A stretch of 64,000 bases of DNA from Octopus vulgaris (taxonomy: Eukaryota). Below are positions 1-13,494 of the stretch, piece by piece. Under the pieces are notes generated by a model that was given only the letters and a program-made list of their open reading frames with translations, was not told the DNA's origin and made no database searches. The translations under genes were made by a program, and so were the position numbers. The stretch lies in the NCBI GenBank assembly GCA_951406725.2, contig OX597818.1, forward strand, positions 76,508,001-76,572,000, written 5' to 3'. Positions within the stretch are counted from its first letter, which is position 1, and each line of letters starts with the position of its first letter.

Positions 1-250
1 GCAGTAAAGAAAAATATGTAATGACCCTTATCTATACCTTGTCTTGTATATCACTCTGTGTAAAAACCAGTATAAATGGAGCACACCCACAGATTTACAA
101 TATAGACTAGTAACGAACTATAACCTCAGACCCTACCACAAGAATACACAGAGTCCTTTACTAATGTAAATAATATTATTAGCCTGGTGCACTATCAGAG
201 AGCTTATAAAATATTTTGCCTGGATTGATCATCTCTCACTAATAACTCTG

Positions 251-296
<46 letters not shown>

Positions 297-327
297 CTAT
301 CGATCTATCTTTCTATCTATCTATCTA

Positions 328-397
<70 letters not shown>

Positions 398-3239
398 AAA
401 CTCTGTTATATATATATATATATACATGTATATGTATACATATATATATGTATATATATGTATATATCTTAAAGAGAGTGTGTGAGTGAGAGAGACGGAC
501 AGACAGAGATGCACATACAACACAGCATAAATCAGAAGAATTGAAATAAATTTAAATATTACAAAGCCTCATTATAGGTTAAATAAGAATGTAAACAGAT
601 TCATGTGGCAAAAAGATGGAGGGAGCCACTTGATAGATTGCTTCATGGTATGTTGACCACTACTCAAAGAAGTAATTAATTATGAACCACCAATAACACA
701 AAAATCATATTATGCTTTCACTAATGCACTAATCTTATTTAGGACTGCTTCATAAGCGCTAATTTAGGAAAGAAGGTGAATTTGTCTTCTCTAAGAAGCA
801 GTCAGTAAACTGTGAAAAGGTCAACCAGGAGACTCACTCTTTCTTTTTCCACACATCAGTTGCATAGAAAGAATATGGTTATATTACCCACAATAAGGTT
901 AGCATATTTGTTATATTTATTTATTAACATATTTTATTCATATATATATATTGAACATATAGACTACATTGATCATATAATGTATGCACATTGGGAAAAA
1001 TGTTTACCATCATTTTGTCTATCTTTACATTCTGAGTTCAAATTCCACCAAGGTCGACTTTGCTTTTCATCCTTTCAGGGTCAATGAAATAAGTACCAGT
1101 TGAACATTGGAGGGGTGGGGCAGTCGATTTGATCAACTTAACCCCTCACCTGAAATTACTTAGCCTTCATATAATGGGTAACTTTGGATGTAAACTTTTG
1201 CCACTATGGGTAATATCAGGAAATATGACATTCACATAATAATCATGATTTAACTTTTATCTCGGTACTTATAGAAAATGATTAAATGAATACTAATTTT
1301 CAAATGACAAATATTTATTACTTTAAAGTAAAATTAAATAAAACAAATTTCTCATTTGTATAAGGTTTTCTTTACTCCCTCTCTTCCCCTTGCTCTTTTG
1401 TCTCTATGTTGTTTTCTCTCTAGTTATTGTGTACCTCTTATGTCAGCTCTTTCTGTATCTCTCATCTATTCTCTCTTCCCTTTCCTATATGATGTAAACC
1501 ATAACTGGAGAGGTCAACCAACCAACCAACCAACATTTAAACTGATTATTATTATATAGAGATTATATTATCATAATAAAAGTAATTACATTCTTTCTGT
1601 ATTCTTTTATTTTTATGGGTTTCAGTTATTACATAGTGACCATGCTGGGGTACCACATTCAAAGATTTTTGTTGATTTACCAACTTCTGTACTGATTTCA
1701 ATCTCTTACTTGCTACACTATGTAACACAATTTTTGTCCTTGGGTAGCAACTATTATTTTATAGTTGCTTACCCTTAGAAAGCATGGAAAATGGCTGATA
1801 TTTCCTTCAAACTCTGCTTTTGTTACTTTTATTCAAACCCCAAAGAATCCCTCTCAGCACATAGCTATTATGCTCCCCCACTACGCCTTCTCATGATCAG
1901 AGATGCACATGTTGTCAGCAACTAAGAGACATGGTCAAGTGATTATGGTCATGGTAATTGACATGCAAATCTGTGGTATTGAGCAGAATATTTGCTAGAA
2001 TGATAATTCTGCAGCAGCAACTCAGCACCAAATCTGTCTGAAATGTAATGGAAAATATGTTAGTTTCAAAACATTGATGTCCAGGTTACAGAAGCAAAGT
2101 TTGAAGGGAGAAGTAGTCATTTCCTTTGATTTCTAGATAGAAGCAAATAGGAAATAACATTTACTGACCAAAATCAAAAAAATAAATAAGACTTTTGTTA
2201 CACAGTGTTATTGCTCTTTATTATTGAAGGGTTAAGTTACAGTTTTGATATAAAACATAATAGTTAAATATAAACATAGATATTGTTTGCTCACAAGGAA
2301 ATTTCCAGATCAGAGTTTCTCAACCAGCTGTAGCTTAGTGCCTCCTTTTTCTGAATCATATTTTAGAAACACTCTACTTTGCATGTTTTCTAATAAAATC
2401 TGCAGATTACCCTTTTTCATCAAAGATAAGCTAACTTTGCATTGTGGTTTATTCTTCATATTTTCTTGTAATAACCTATTTTGTTGCATATATCTCAAAT
2501 GGATTAGCAATTCCAATATTTAATTTTTGTTAATTTACTGAAGCAGTCAAGGATTTCTGCAATTAAGTTATATTTAAATTTACAAATTGTGTGTATGTAA
2601 ATAAAAATTTAGAAACAGAACAATACTACAAATGAAATTTAAATAAAATATTATCAGCTTTATTACAGGTGTTAATGAATCTAATACATATATTTCAATA
2701 TAACTATATTTATGATTAAAAAAAAGAGAGTAAACTAATTTAAGATATTCAATAGATCATTATATCCCAAACACAAAATTTAATGAATGAAAAACAACTC
2801 ATGATTGCCTTCTGTTTGAAACAGTCATGTTTCCTCCTCACTGATAACACAATGTCCTACACATATTTTAATGTCAACAAGGAAATTTTTCTTAAATATT
2901 GCACCTGGTTGAAAAGTTTTACTTCTAAGAGACACCTAGTGCCCTCACAGTGTCCTTTTTGAGCTTGCAATGCTCCTAGTTGGATGCTGCTGTACACATT
3001 AAAATCCACTGCTTTATGGGGCTGCTAGATAAAAAAAAACTAGCAACTAGTTCTTCATCAAACACATTCATACACATGCATACACACATATATATATACA
3101 TCATACATACGTGCATACATGCATGCTTACATATGCACATACATACTCATAGACAGATACATACATGCATACATATATACATTTGGTACAAATACCTAGA
3201 CATTAATTAAAACACTTCATGCAAAGGTGCTGTGAATAA

Positions 3240-4520
3240 AGAAAGAGTGACCTGAGAATATTATATCAGACGTAGAAAAATATGGCAGTCAGAACTCTCC
3301 TCTTATATGACAATATCCCACAATGTATTTGCAGTATCAATGCTGATTCCAACATTTGCAATTCTTGGCTGGTCTGTAGAAAAAATCCACTCCATAGACA
3401 TCAAAACCAGAAAGATCCTGACATCAATTGGAAAGTTCTAGAGGAACAGTGATTCTGACTGTGTCTCCACAAGGAGATGAAGAAGGTAGAGGCTGATCAG
3501 TGTACACAGTCTTCAAATGTCATTCAGTCTCTCCCAGACAACACCTGCTAAACAACAGCTGCAAAATAAATACATATAGTGTTGAAAAGTGAAGAGAACA
3601 ACATCCTACATGTCAGCAGTGAGCTTTTCAGGAAGTACTCTCTTTCTGTTGGTATTCCATACAACTCCAAAACAGCTGGACTAACATACATCAAACAAGA
3701 TTTAGATGTGAAACACTCAGTATATCACAAAAAAAAAAACAGTGACTATGCATGGGTATGTTTCCTGAAGACTTGAAGAATACAGTAAAAGCAACATGAA
3801 GAACAGGCTTTGTTGGACTTGTAATTGCTGCATCACATCACACTTTGAAGGCTGTGCATTTGCAATCCAAGGACAGGAAATTGATGTGAAATATCTAATA
3901 AACAAAAGAGATAGTGCAGCCCTTGGAGCTCTAAGATACAACCAAAAATGCAGGTGATGTCATATTTCTGTGGAAGACATTACAAATGTAATTAGTAGCT
4001 GCCCAAAACTGCTGTCAAGAGACTACCTCCCTGTGTGGCACAATGTTGTCACTAAAACATTATACAATACCATACACAAAAAGACTGTCCTGGAATTGAA
4101 TATATACACAAGTATCAACACAAGGAATATTGGTGTAATGTTACCATTAAAACTTTTATCAAGTGTAAACATAACTGGTCAGATATGTTGTCTGGGACAG
4201 ATAAAGAAGAGTATGTATTGCCATAAAAGTCAGCTACCTTGCTGATGTGAATATCTCTTCAAAAATCAAAGAGAGACTACAGACAACTGTATTGAAATCT
4301 CCAGCTTCTATAGTGAGATTATTAATTCACATTTATACCAATAATAACTAGTGTATTTGGTTTTGTGAGTAATTGCTAAAGTGACAATCTGGATAAGCTA
4401 GGATTTTCAGAAAAAGATATCAACCAGCTAATCCATTCATTACAAATACAAAGTGAAACAGTAAAAATATGTTATATTATATACTTGAGTTTAAAATGTG
4501 AATCCGTTTTTGTTATCTAC
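3240..4520 (+). mobile_element. Highly decayed R4/Dong-like LINE
   Basis: Fragments FEGCAFAIQGQEIDVKYL and EDITNVISSCPKL, among many stops. Confidence 0.65.
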
Positions 4521-4739
4521 AATCCAACGGTGGAGCCTTGCATCATTGTTAGAAATCAGCTCCTTGCACAGAGGAAGATTTTAAATAATTAAAAATATAA
4601 GAGAAGAGGAAACACACACACACACACACACATGAAATATTACTTGCCTTGTTCTGTGGACCCATGGCCTTGACTACCTTGGTGATTTCAAAACTCTAAT
4701 TACAATATACTCTTCAATATACTTCAATTACACAATATG

Positions 4740-4952
4740 AAGGCAGCGAGCTAGCAGAAACGTTAACATGCCGGGCAAAATGCTTAGCACTACTTCGTCT
4801 GTCTTTATGTTCTGAGTTCAAATTCTACCAACGTCGACTTTGCCTTTCATCCTTTGAGGATCGATAAATTAAGTACCAGTTGTGTACTGGGGTCGATCTA
4901 ATCGACTGGCTCTCTCCCCCAAAATTTCAGACCTTGTGCCTAGAGTAAAAAA
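4740..4952 (+). mobile_element. SINE family B copy
   Basis: aaggcagcgagctagcagaa...gagttcaaattc...gtcgactttgcctttcatcc. Further copies at about 990-1170, 19860-20040, 20195-20350 (-), 41585-41870, 42290-42390 and 63220-63445. Confidence 0.85.
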
Positions 4953-5056
4953 TACTATACATAATAATATACACTTCATGGTCAAAATCAACAAACTTTC
5001 CTGAGCATTTTTATCATCAAAAAAGAAACAAACATTAAAACTGACATCTACTTTAA

Positions 5057-5254
5057 CTCTTTAGCATTCAGATTATTCTATCAAATGTAACACTTATTCA
5101 CGTTGTTTTGAATTTATCCTTCATTATCTTGTAGCCCTGAGATTTCAATTGGACTAACATTGTAGAGTAGGCGTGAGAGGCAGGATCTGGCCAATTTAAG
5201 CATAAAACAGGAAGAATATTTTGACTGGATATGGCTGGTTTAAATGCTAAAGGG
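5057..5254. mobile_element. piggyBac-type (TTAA) MITE
   Basis: TTAA|ctctttagcatt ... aatgctaaaggg|TTAA. Second copy at 61061-61344. Confidence 0.75.
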
Positions 5255-5871
5255 TTAAAATAACAGACTCTAAACAATACTTATACACTCCATATCACCC
5301 AAAACACATCAAAATGAATGTTTTGTTTAATCTAGCACAAAGAATATGTTCATTTGTTTGAATTTTGAAACTTGGAATGAAAAGACTACAAGAACCAAAA
5401 GGAAATATTATTTGGAAGACAGTATCACCCAACAATGTTAATAATAGAGATGTTTTTGGTTTGACATGCTTCTTCTAATTTTATTCTAAAATTCTGCACA
5501 GAAGTATAGAAATTTTTATAAAAGTTGGATTTGGTGTGTTAAACCAAAAAAGCTTCATTTTTTTTCATGCCAATTATGAAAATTGCCATTTTTTTAAGAA
5601 ACTAAAAATAAAAAAAAGTGAGAAATCTTTGAAGATTGAAATTTTTTGTAATTTTAGCTAATCAGATCCATATTTTTCTACATGCCATGATGATTTTTAT
5701 GAAAATTAGCATGTTCTGTTGGAGTTTTTTTATTGCTACACAACTTAACAAAAATCACAACATACTGTTTTTTGAGAAATTAATAATAGAGACATTACAA
5801 AACCCTTGAAGATCACAATATTTAAAGAAAAGGAAATAAATTAACATAAAACGACAAATCTAGCACTAATT

Positions 5872-6020
5872 CTTAACCCTAATCTTAACTTTAACTCCTA
5901 AACCCTAACCCATTACCCTAAGTTAAGACTGTGTACCTCTAATCCTAAATCATAATCTCAAACCTTAAATCCAAACCTTAAGCCCTAACCCCAACCTTAA
6001 ACTCTAACCCTAAACCCTAA
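5872..6020. repeat. Degenerate telomere-like (TAACCC)n tract
   Basis: taaccctaa, aaaccctaaccc, ccctaacccc, ctaaccctaaaccctaa. Confidence 0.6.
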
Positions 6021-6093
6021 TGATAATAGGAGAGAATGCCTTAATGCAAGCCTTGATTATTTTATAAATTATAACTATTCACAAGAATTTTAA

Positions 6094-6312
6094 CCCTTTT
6101 GTTACCATATTTCTGTTGGAATACACTACATTTGTTTCAATTAATTTTGAAAGTACTGAAGAATTTAGTAAAGGAACTTTGTCATAATTAACCTAGTATT
6201 TGGAATATAAATTAACGTGAAATTTTGAAAGGGAGGTTTAATGTAGATCACTTTAAACATGAAGTTTGTGTCAGAACCTGAGGCAGTATTGGGTAGGTTG
6301 GTATCAAAAGAG
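6094..6312. mobile_element. piggyBac-type (TTAA) MITE, second family
   Basis: TTAA|cccttttgttacc ... ggtatcaaaagag|TTAA. Confidence 0.7.
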
Positions 6313-8105
6313 TTAAGAAAATATAATTAATGTTTTAAAATTACTGTTTTTGATGGTGTATTAATCCACAGATATAAAAGAGTCACTATCTCAATTTTGA
6401 GTTTGGAATGTTAAAAAGATAGTTTGATTACAAACAGTATTATGTGTTTATTTAAATACAAGTGTCCCCGGTCATCAAAGTAATGGTTTGTTATTGATGT
6501 CATGGTACGTGTAATAATAACACGTAATAGGAAGTTGTCCTTAGTAAAAGCTTTAATGACATACCATACATATGTCTATTTAATTCTAATTAATTTTATG
6601 GTAATTTTCCTGTGTTAATTAATTGCTGTACATCAGGATAGTCAGACAGAAGGAAAGAAAGAAGAAAGGAGAGAGAAACTCTGTTAATTATGTATATTCA
6701 AATACATACTACGTTTATATGCACAGATATTTATTAATTTTCCTTTCTGTAAAAAGACAAAATTCTCATTAGAAATATTTTAAAATTATTTTTGGAAAAT
6801 TAATTGTCTTTCCTGGAGCAATACAAATTTTCATTATAACTATTTTTTAATATTTAATTAAAAAAATTTTTAACTTTCTTGTCTAGGACAATACAAGGTT
6901 TTCAATATAATACTTCTTGATTTTTAAATAGAAAAATTAATTTTTATTTGAGTAAACACAATTTTTAATTATAATTTTATTTTATTTTTTTTATCTAAAA
7001 AATTCATTTTGCTTTTATGTAAAGCAAAATTTATATTACTAACTTTTCTAATTTTTTGAAATGAAAGAATTAATTAATTTGCATTTTGAGGAAATACGAT
7101 TTTCATTATATCATTAAAAAAATTTAATTAAAAAATTAACATTTTCACTATATCCCTTTTTAATGCATTAATTTTTCTACTACAATACTTTTAACTTGTC
7201 ATTATTAATTTTTTTTTTTGAAATTAACATAATTCTGTTGCATTTATTTATCTAAGTTCTACTATTCTGTTATTCCTTTGTTTCAGTCATTGGACTGCAC
7301 CCATGCTGGGTTATTGTCTTGAAGGGTTTAGTCCAAAAATCTACTCAAATGACTATTTGAAGTCTAGTACTTATTGTTACAATCCCTTTTTGCTGGATCT
7401 GAAAGCCAAAGAGTTAAACAACCTTTGAAAGTTATTCTCTTAAGATAAAGACATATAACCAATAATTGAATGACTGAGAGAGAGAGTAGGAAAGAGAGAG
7501 AAGGATATCAAGAGAATGATGTGAGTCAATTTACCCATGGCTGTTGGTGGCAGTCACAAGAATGAGTGACAGGCAGCAGTTTTATTTGTTTCAGTAGCTA
7601 AAAGAAATGGCTCTCACACTGCTTGTTTCTGGTTGACTAAAATAATACTGAAACTAAAATGTCATGTGCATGAAGCTGCTACACACTTTGAAGAAAACTA
7701 AAACAACCCCCAACTCAATATTTGTGTAATTTTGCTAATTTCTTTCTGTTGCATTTTTATGTTATTGCCAACATTTTTTATTTGTGTCTCTTGTCACGTT
7801 TATTAATTCTGCCTTCACTAAGGTGGAGATATTGTTTTCAATTGTGTTTGTTAGTCCATTGACAAGATAACTCAAGAACCACTGGATGGATTCAGATGAA
7901 ACTTTCAGGGATGATTGGCCTTGTGACTGGCACAGTCTCATTAGATTTTGGGATCATTCTGGTACTGGACAAGGATTCTGGATTATTTTACCAATTTTTT
8001 TTACTTTACATGTATATGTAAAGTTTCACATAGTTCTCTTGTACATGCACACGCATACACACACTCACACATTTTCAGCGTTGAAAATTACCATCCCATT
8101 TCCAT

Positions 8106-8140
<35 letters not shown>

Positions 8141-8317
8141 TTTTCTTTTACACAGACATTTACTTGAACTTCAAATGCCATTTATCGCCTTTTCACTCCT
8201 TCCTTCATTATTCATCTATCACCCCTTCCTTTCTCATTCATACAATGCTCTCTTTGCCATCTCCTCTACATTCACCTCCCACTCCAGCTCTATTTTATAT
8301 ATATATATATATATATT

Positions 8318-8501
8318 GTCATGATTGACCGCTAGCCACTAAAGCATTTTTTATTTTCTCTCTGTTTATTTTCTCATGTTCCTTTCTGTTGAAGATTATA
8401 GGCTCAAAACATAAAAGACTTTCTCACTTTCCCAAGCATTAAACTAATACACCTATTTGTTTCATACTCCTGTCTTCATCTTTTGCTTTTTTGTAAATTT
8501 C

Positions 8502-8505
<4 letters not shown>
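8318..8505 (+). mobile_element. Short (TA)n-embedded interspersed repeat, possibly PLE-derived; second copy at 36390-36585
   Basis: Both copies share catgattgacc...tctgttgaaga...aaac...actttctcac...aaactaatacacct...ctgtcttcatctttt. Confidence 0.6.
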
Positions 8506-8542
<37 letters not shown>

Positions 8543-8677
8543 CAAATATACAAATATACAAATATACATATATATAGATATATATATATATATATATATA
8601 CACAAATATATATATATACAAATATACAAATATACATATATATATATATATATATACACACACAAATATATATATAT

Positions 8678-10408
8678 ATTAGAATCGAAGGGCCTTAGAG
8701 TCAACCTAGCCAAAACCAAAGTCCTAATAAGTAGGAAGGTGGACCAACCACAAACGACTTCAGGTAGATGGCCCTGCTCGATCTGTAAAAAAGGTGTAGG
8801 TAGAAACTCTATAAGGTGCACCAAGTGTAAGCTATGGACACATAAGAGGTGCAGCAATGTCAAAGGTAGGCTAACTGGGAAGATAGTTTTCGTATGTGGC
8901 AGATGCTCAGGAGAAATAAACACTGGAAATGTGCAGAGACCAACTTCTACCACGTTCCAGGGAGACAAACTAGAAGTAGTTGATAGCTTCCGCTACCTAG
9001 GAGACCAAGTTAGTAGCGGGGGTGGGTGTGCTGAAAGTGTAACTGCTAGAGTAAGAATAGCCTGGGCAAAGTTTAGAGAGCTCTTACCCCTGCTGGTGAC
9101 AAAAGGCCTCTCGCTCAGAGTAAAAGGCAGACTTTATGATGCATGTGTACGTACAGCCATGCTACATGGTAGTGAAACATGGGCCGTGACTGCTGAGGAT
9201 ATGCGTAAGCTCGCAAGAAATGAAGCCAGTATGCTCCGATGGATGTGTAATGTCAGTGTTCATAATCGTCAGAGTGTAAGTACCTTGAGAGAAAAGTTGA
9301 ACCTAAGAAGCATCAGTTGTGGTGTGCAAGAGAGACGGCTGCGCTGGTATGGTCATATGACGAGAATGGCTGAAGATAGTTGTGTGCAAAAGTGCTACAC
9401 CCTAGCAGTTGAGGGAACCTGTGGAAGAGGTAGACCCAGGAAAACCTGGGACGAAGTGGTGAAGCACGACCTACGAAGTTTAGGTATCACCAAGGAAATG
9501 ACTAGAGACCGAGACCTATGGAAGTATGCTGTGCGTGAGAAGACCCGGCAAGACTAGTCAGGCCATAAACCGTGGCCCCCTACCTGGGACGTAGTCAGTC
9601 CACCTGTGCATACCTTCCTTCTTGTGATACTTGTGAAGACCTGTTGAGGCAAGTGAAAATCAAACAAAATCAAAATAGATGAACATCAATGGAATTTGTA
9701 TCCTTGTGGTACCAGTGCCGGTGGCACACAAGAAAACCATCCGAACCTGGCCATAGCCAGTACCGCACCGACTGGCCTCCATGCTGTGGGCACGTAACAA
9801 TCACCATCCAATCGTGGCCGATCGCCAGCCTAATCTGGCTCCTGTGTCGGTGGCACATAAAAAACACCATCCGAGCGTGGTCGTCTGCTAGCCCTGTCTG
9901 GCACCTGTGTCGGTGGCACATAAAAACACCATCCGAACGTGGCCGTTCGCCAGCCTCGTCTGGCACCTGTGTCGGTGGCACATAAAAAAAAAAACACCAT
10001 CCGAGCGTGGTCGTCTGCTAGCCTTGTCTGGCACCTGTGTCGGTGGCACATAAAAACACCATCCGAGCGTGGCCGTTCGCCAGCCTCATCTGGCACCTGT
10101 GTCGGTGGCACATAAAAACACCATCCGAGCATGGTCGTCTGCCAGCCTTGTCTGGCACCTGTGTCGGTGGCACATAAAAACACCATCCGAGCGTGGCCGT
10201 TCGCCAGCCCCGTCTGGCACCTGTGTCGGTGGCACATAAAATCACCCACTACACTCTCGGAGTGGTTGGCGCTAGGAAGGGCATCCAGCTGTAGATCCAC
10301 TGCCAGATCTGACTGGCCTGGTGCAGCCTTCGGGCTCCTCAGACCCCAGTTGAACCGTCCAACCCATGCTAGCATGGAAAGCGGACGTTAAATGATGATG
10401 ATGATGAT
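8678..10408 (+). mobile_element. 5'-truncated young RTE-clade LINE (ORF 3' part with PHD-type finger, 3' UTR with tandem repeats, (GAT)n tail)
   Basis: Open frame to stop at 9557 with [30 protein letters not shown] and RGRPRKTW (RTE C-terminal motifs). Ends aatgatgatgatgatgat. Flanked by (TA)n on both sides. Confidence 0.92.
9841..10240 (+). repeat. About 62-bp tandem minisatellite in the RTE 3' UTR, 6 units alternating A/B
   Basis: cctgtgtcggtggcacataaaa recurs at 9841, 9904, 9966, 10034, 10096, 10158 and 10220. Confidence 0.9.
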
Positions 10409-10422
10409 ATATATATACAGAA

Positions 10423-10463
<41 letters not shown>

Positions 10464-10532
10464 AATATATATATATATACACAAATATATATATATATAT
10501 ACAAATATACATATATATATATATATATACAC

Positions 10533-10569
<37 letters not shown>

Positions 10570-10579
10570 AATATAAAAA

Positions 10580-12830
10580 GACAAGAGATACGATGGAGGG
10601 GAGCTTCAGCCAGGGTCCTCACGAGCAAGGCACATATGTATAAAATCTTCTGGCAAGGTAACACGCTTGGAGTGGGGATGTAAGCATAATCCTTGCAGAG
10701 AAATGGGTGGATAAGGTCATAGAGGTTGTCAGGGTATGCGATAGAGTGCTAAGCTCAGGCTAGTCCTGTAGAATAGTATAGCAACAATTATCTCTGCCTA
10801 CGTCCCACAAGCGGGACTACCAAATGATAAGTAGGACCATTTTTATGATACCTCTCTACAGGCTACCTTAAAGACAAGTGGCAATGACCTAATCTTTGCG
10901 GCTGGATATTTTAATGGGCATGTTGGATGGCATCTGGTATCATCACTGATGTACACAGGGGCCATTGCATTGGTTCCCAAAACAAAGAGGGAACTAGACT
11001 ACTGGAGTTCTGTGATGCATGTAACCTTTTAATCTGCAACACTAACTTCAAGAAGCCAGACAGCCACCTGATGACCTATCAATCAGGTGGCTCTAATAGC
11101 CAGATTGATTTCATCTTCACCAGACAGCGGGAGGCATAGTTACTCTTAAATACAAAAACCCTCTCAGGTGAAGAACATAGCCCCCAACATAGACTAGTCA
11201 TTAGTGACTTTAGACTCGAGGCCAGAAGGATGCCAAGAAGCAGACCAATCCAGAAAAGAAGTATTTGGAAACTAAAGAACCCTTCACATGGTCAGAAATT
11301 TAGGGACATCCTCATCAAGAAATCTGATGAGAGGGAGGCGGTGCTACAGACTTTGGACATAGAGGGTAACCAGAAATTCCTATGGGACAGCTTACTGAGT
11401 GCCACAGACGAAATCTGCAGCTGGTGCAAAGTTCCTTCCAGACCTAGAGTAACGTGGTGGTGGAATAATATGGTAGACAAAACCATTAGAACAAAGAAAC
11501 AGGCTTGGAAAGCCTGGAAGAGTGATGGTAGCAGGGAACTGTACCAGATAGCCAGAAGGGAGGCTGGGTGACAGGTATACATAGCCAAGGGAGAAGCAGA
11601 AAAGAAGTTTGCCAATGTCCAGCGATTTGAGGACCAAAGAACTGAAGTATTTGGGATTGCAAGATAGTGTGTGAGAGAAAATTGTGATGTCACAGGAGAG
11701 AAATACATCTGCATGGATGATGGTGCACTTGCTTTTAATGATTCTGTAAAGAATGAGACTTGGAGAAGCCATTATGAAAGACTGCTGAACGTGGAGAATG
11801 AATGGGAGGAAGAGAGTCTGCTTAATATTGACCCAGTAGAGGGACTAGCTATCCAAATAGACAGTACCCAACTAGATAAAGCAATTAAAGGTATGAAGCC
11901 AGGAAAAGCCCCCAGTCCATCAGGAATCACTGATGAGATGCTTAAAACACCTGGTGGTGTGGGCTATGGTCTAATCACCCATATTATAAACCAGGTAGTT
12001 CATGATGGAGTCATACCCAATGACTGGCATAGCAGAACCATAGACAACTGCTACAAAGGTAAAGATGATGCTTTAAATAGAAATAACTACAGGGGTGTCA
12101 AACTACTGGATCAGGAGATGAAGGTCATGGAGAGGGTCATAGCCCAACTAATTAGGGAGAGAGTCTGCTTTGATGAGATGCAGTTCAGCTTTGTGTCAGG
12201 TAGAAGCACCACTGATACTATATTCCTGGTACGGTATCTGAAGGAGAAATACCTAGCCAAAGATAAACCCCTATACTTGACTTTTGTGAACTTGGAGAAA
12301 GCCTTTGACAGGGACCCCTGCTCCCTTATCTGATGGGTGATGTGGAAAATAGGGATTGACGAATGGTTAATAAGGCCCTATACAGAGATGCCGTTAGTAA
12401 GGTTTGGGTTATCAATGAGTATAGTGAAGAATTCTGGGCAGAAGTAGGGGTCCACCAAGAATCAGCCCTCAGCCCCTTTTATTCATCATAGTCCTCCAGG
12501 CAATAACAGAGGAATTCAAGACAGATTGCCCCTGGGAGCTCCTCTATGCTGATGACCTGTCCCTCATAGAAGAATCACTACCAGAACTAGAGAAGGAACT
12601 TGAAGTGTGGAAGCAAGGTTTAGAGTCGAAGAGCCTTAGAGTCAATGTTACAAAGACTAAAGTTCTAGTAAGTAGGAAGGTGAACACATCACACACCTCT
12701 TCAGGTAGGTGGCCCTGTCGTTCTGTAGAAAAGGTGTAAGTAGAAACTCCATAAGATGTACCCAGTGTAAGCTATAGACACATAAGAGGTGCAGCAACAT
12801 CAAAGGAAGATTTACTGGGAAGATAACTTT
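10580..12830 (+). mobile_element. Degenerate RTE LINE: APE endonuclease part plus RT, with many stops and frameshifts
   Basis: GTRLLEFC, TYQSGGSNSQIDFI, WWWN, GKAPSPSGI, NYRGVKL, GRSTTDTIF, LEKAFD, ctctatgctgatgac (LYADD) and a PHD remnant. Confidence 0.9.
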
Positions 12831-12985
12831 CACAAGCAGAGTTTTGTGTCCAAAGAAGGACAGGTATGCATAAGTGGGCTGGCTACATCCCTGGTAAAGG
12901 TCACGGGTTATAGTCTCACTTGTCCTGCTGGGTCTTCTCACGCACAGCGTATTTCCAAAGGTCTCAGTCACTAGTCATTGCCTGT
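12828..12985 (-). mobile_element. Inverted fragment of the same RTE family (ORF end and start of 3' UTR)
   Basis: Reverse complement matches the ORF end and 3' UTR start at about 23885-24045. Confidence 0.8.
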
Positions 12986-13494
12986 GTGTGTATGTATGTA
13001 TATATATATATATATATATATTCTATAATTATAAACATAATTATAATTAGGGGTTGGCTAACTGCCTCACCACATACCGAATTTAGAAATAGGAGTTAAA
13101 AATTCCTTCTCTGCTACCATAAGAATCTCCCAGACAGTAACACACATTGTTTTACGTAGGCAAAGAGAAAAATAATGGATCAACACGACTTCGATTAGCC
13201 ATGAGTGTGTTTCAAGATTAAAGTATTTAATTTACTTACTTCCCATCATCAGTGTTGCATTTCCATTATAAAATTTGAAAGTGCTAGGGTTAAATACGCA
13301 TACAATCGAGCAACATCGCACAACAGATATCCAACCAACACTTCCAAAATTTACACAGCCGAAAGTGAATACATATTTATCCCTTCTACCCACCTGTATG
13401 TTACAAGCAGTAACGCAGAAAACTACCTGCTACACTTCTCCATCTATCATCACTGCTGCAAAGTCCTGGATATATTTGAGGCCAGTGTCTGCAA

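Noticed and set aside
2310-2516. 68-aa minus-strand ORF
   Set aside because: No recognisable homology, and no open frame spans the nearby candidate splice sites.
8385-8425. ttgaaga...aaac hammerhead-like spacing (also about 36468-36500)
   Set aside because: Lacks the core C, a convincing stem I and an NUH site in both copies.
8457-8677. N-terminus of the 366-aa ORF
   Set aside because: Microsatellite fused by chance in frame to a truncated LINE ORF.
9715-10240. Regularly spaced repeats resembling a CRISPR array
   Set aside because: The apparent spacers are themselves repeated. It is a minisatellite in a eukaryotic LINE 3' UTR, and there are no cas genes.
13020-13490. Possible Penelope-like fragment with two ORFs of about 100 aa
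   Set aside because: No diagnostic motif could be identified, so it was left uncalled.
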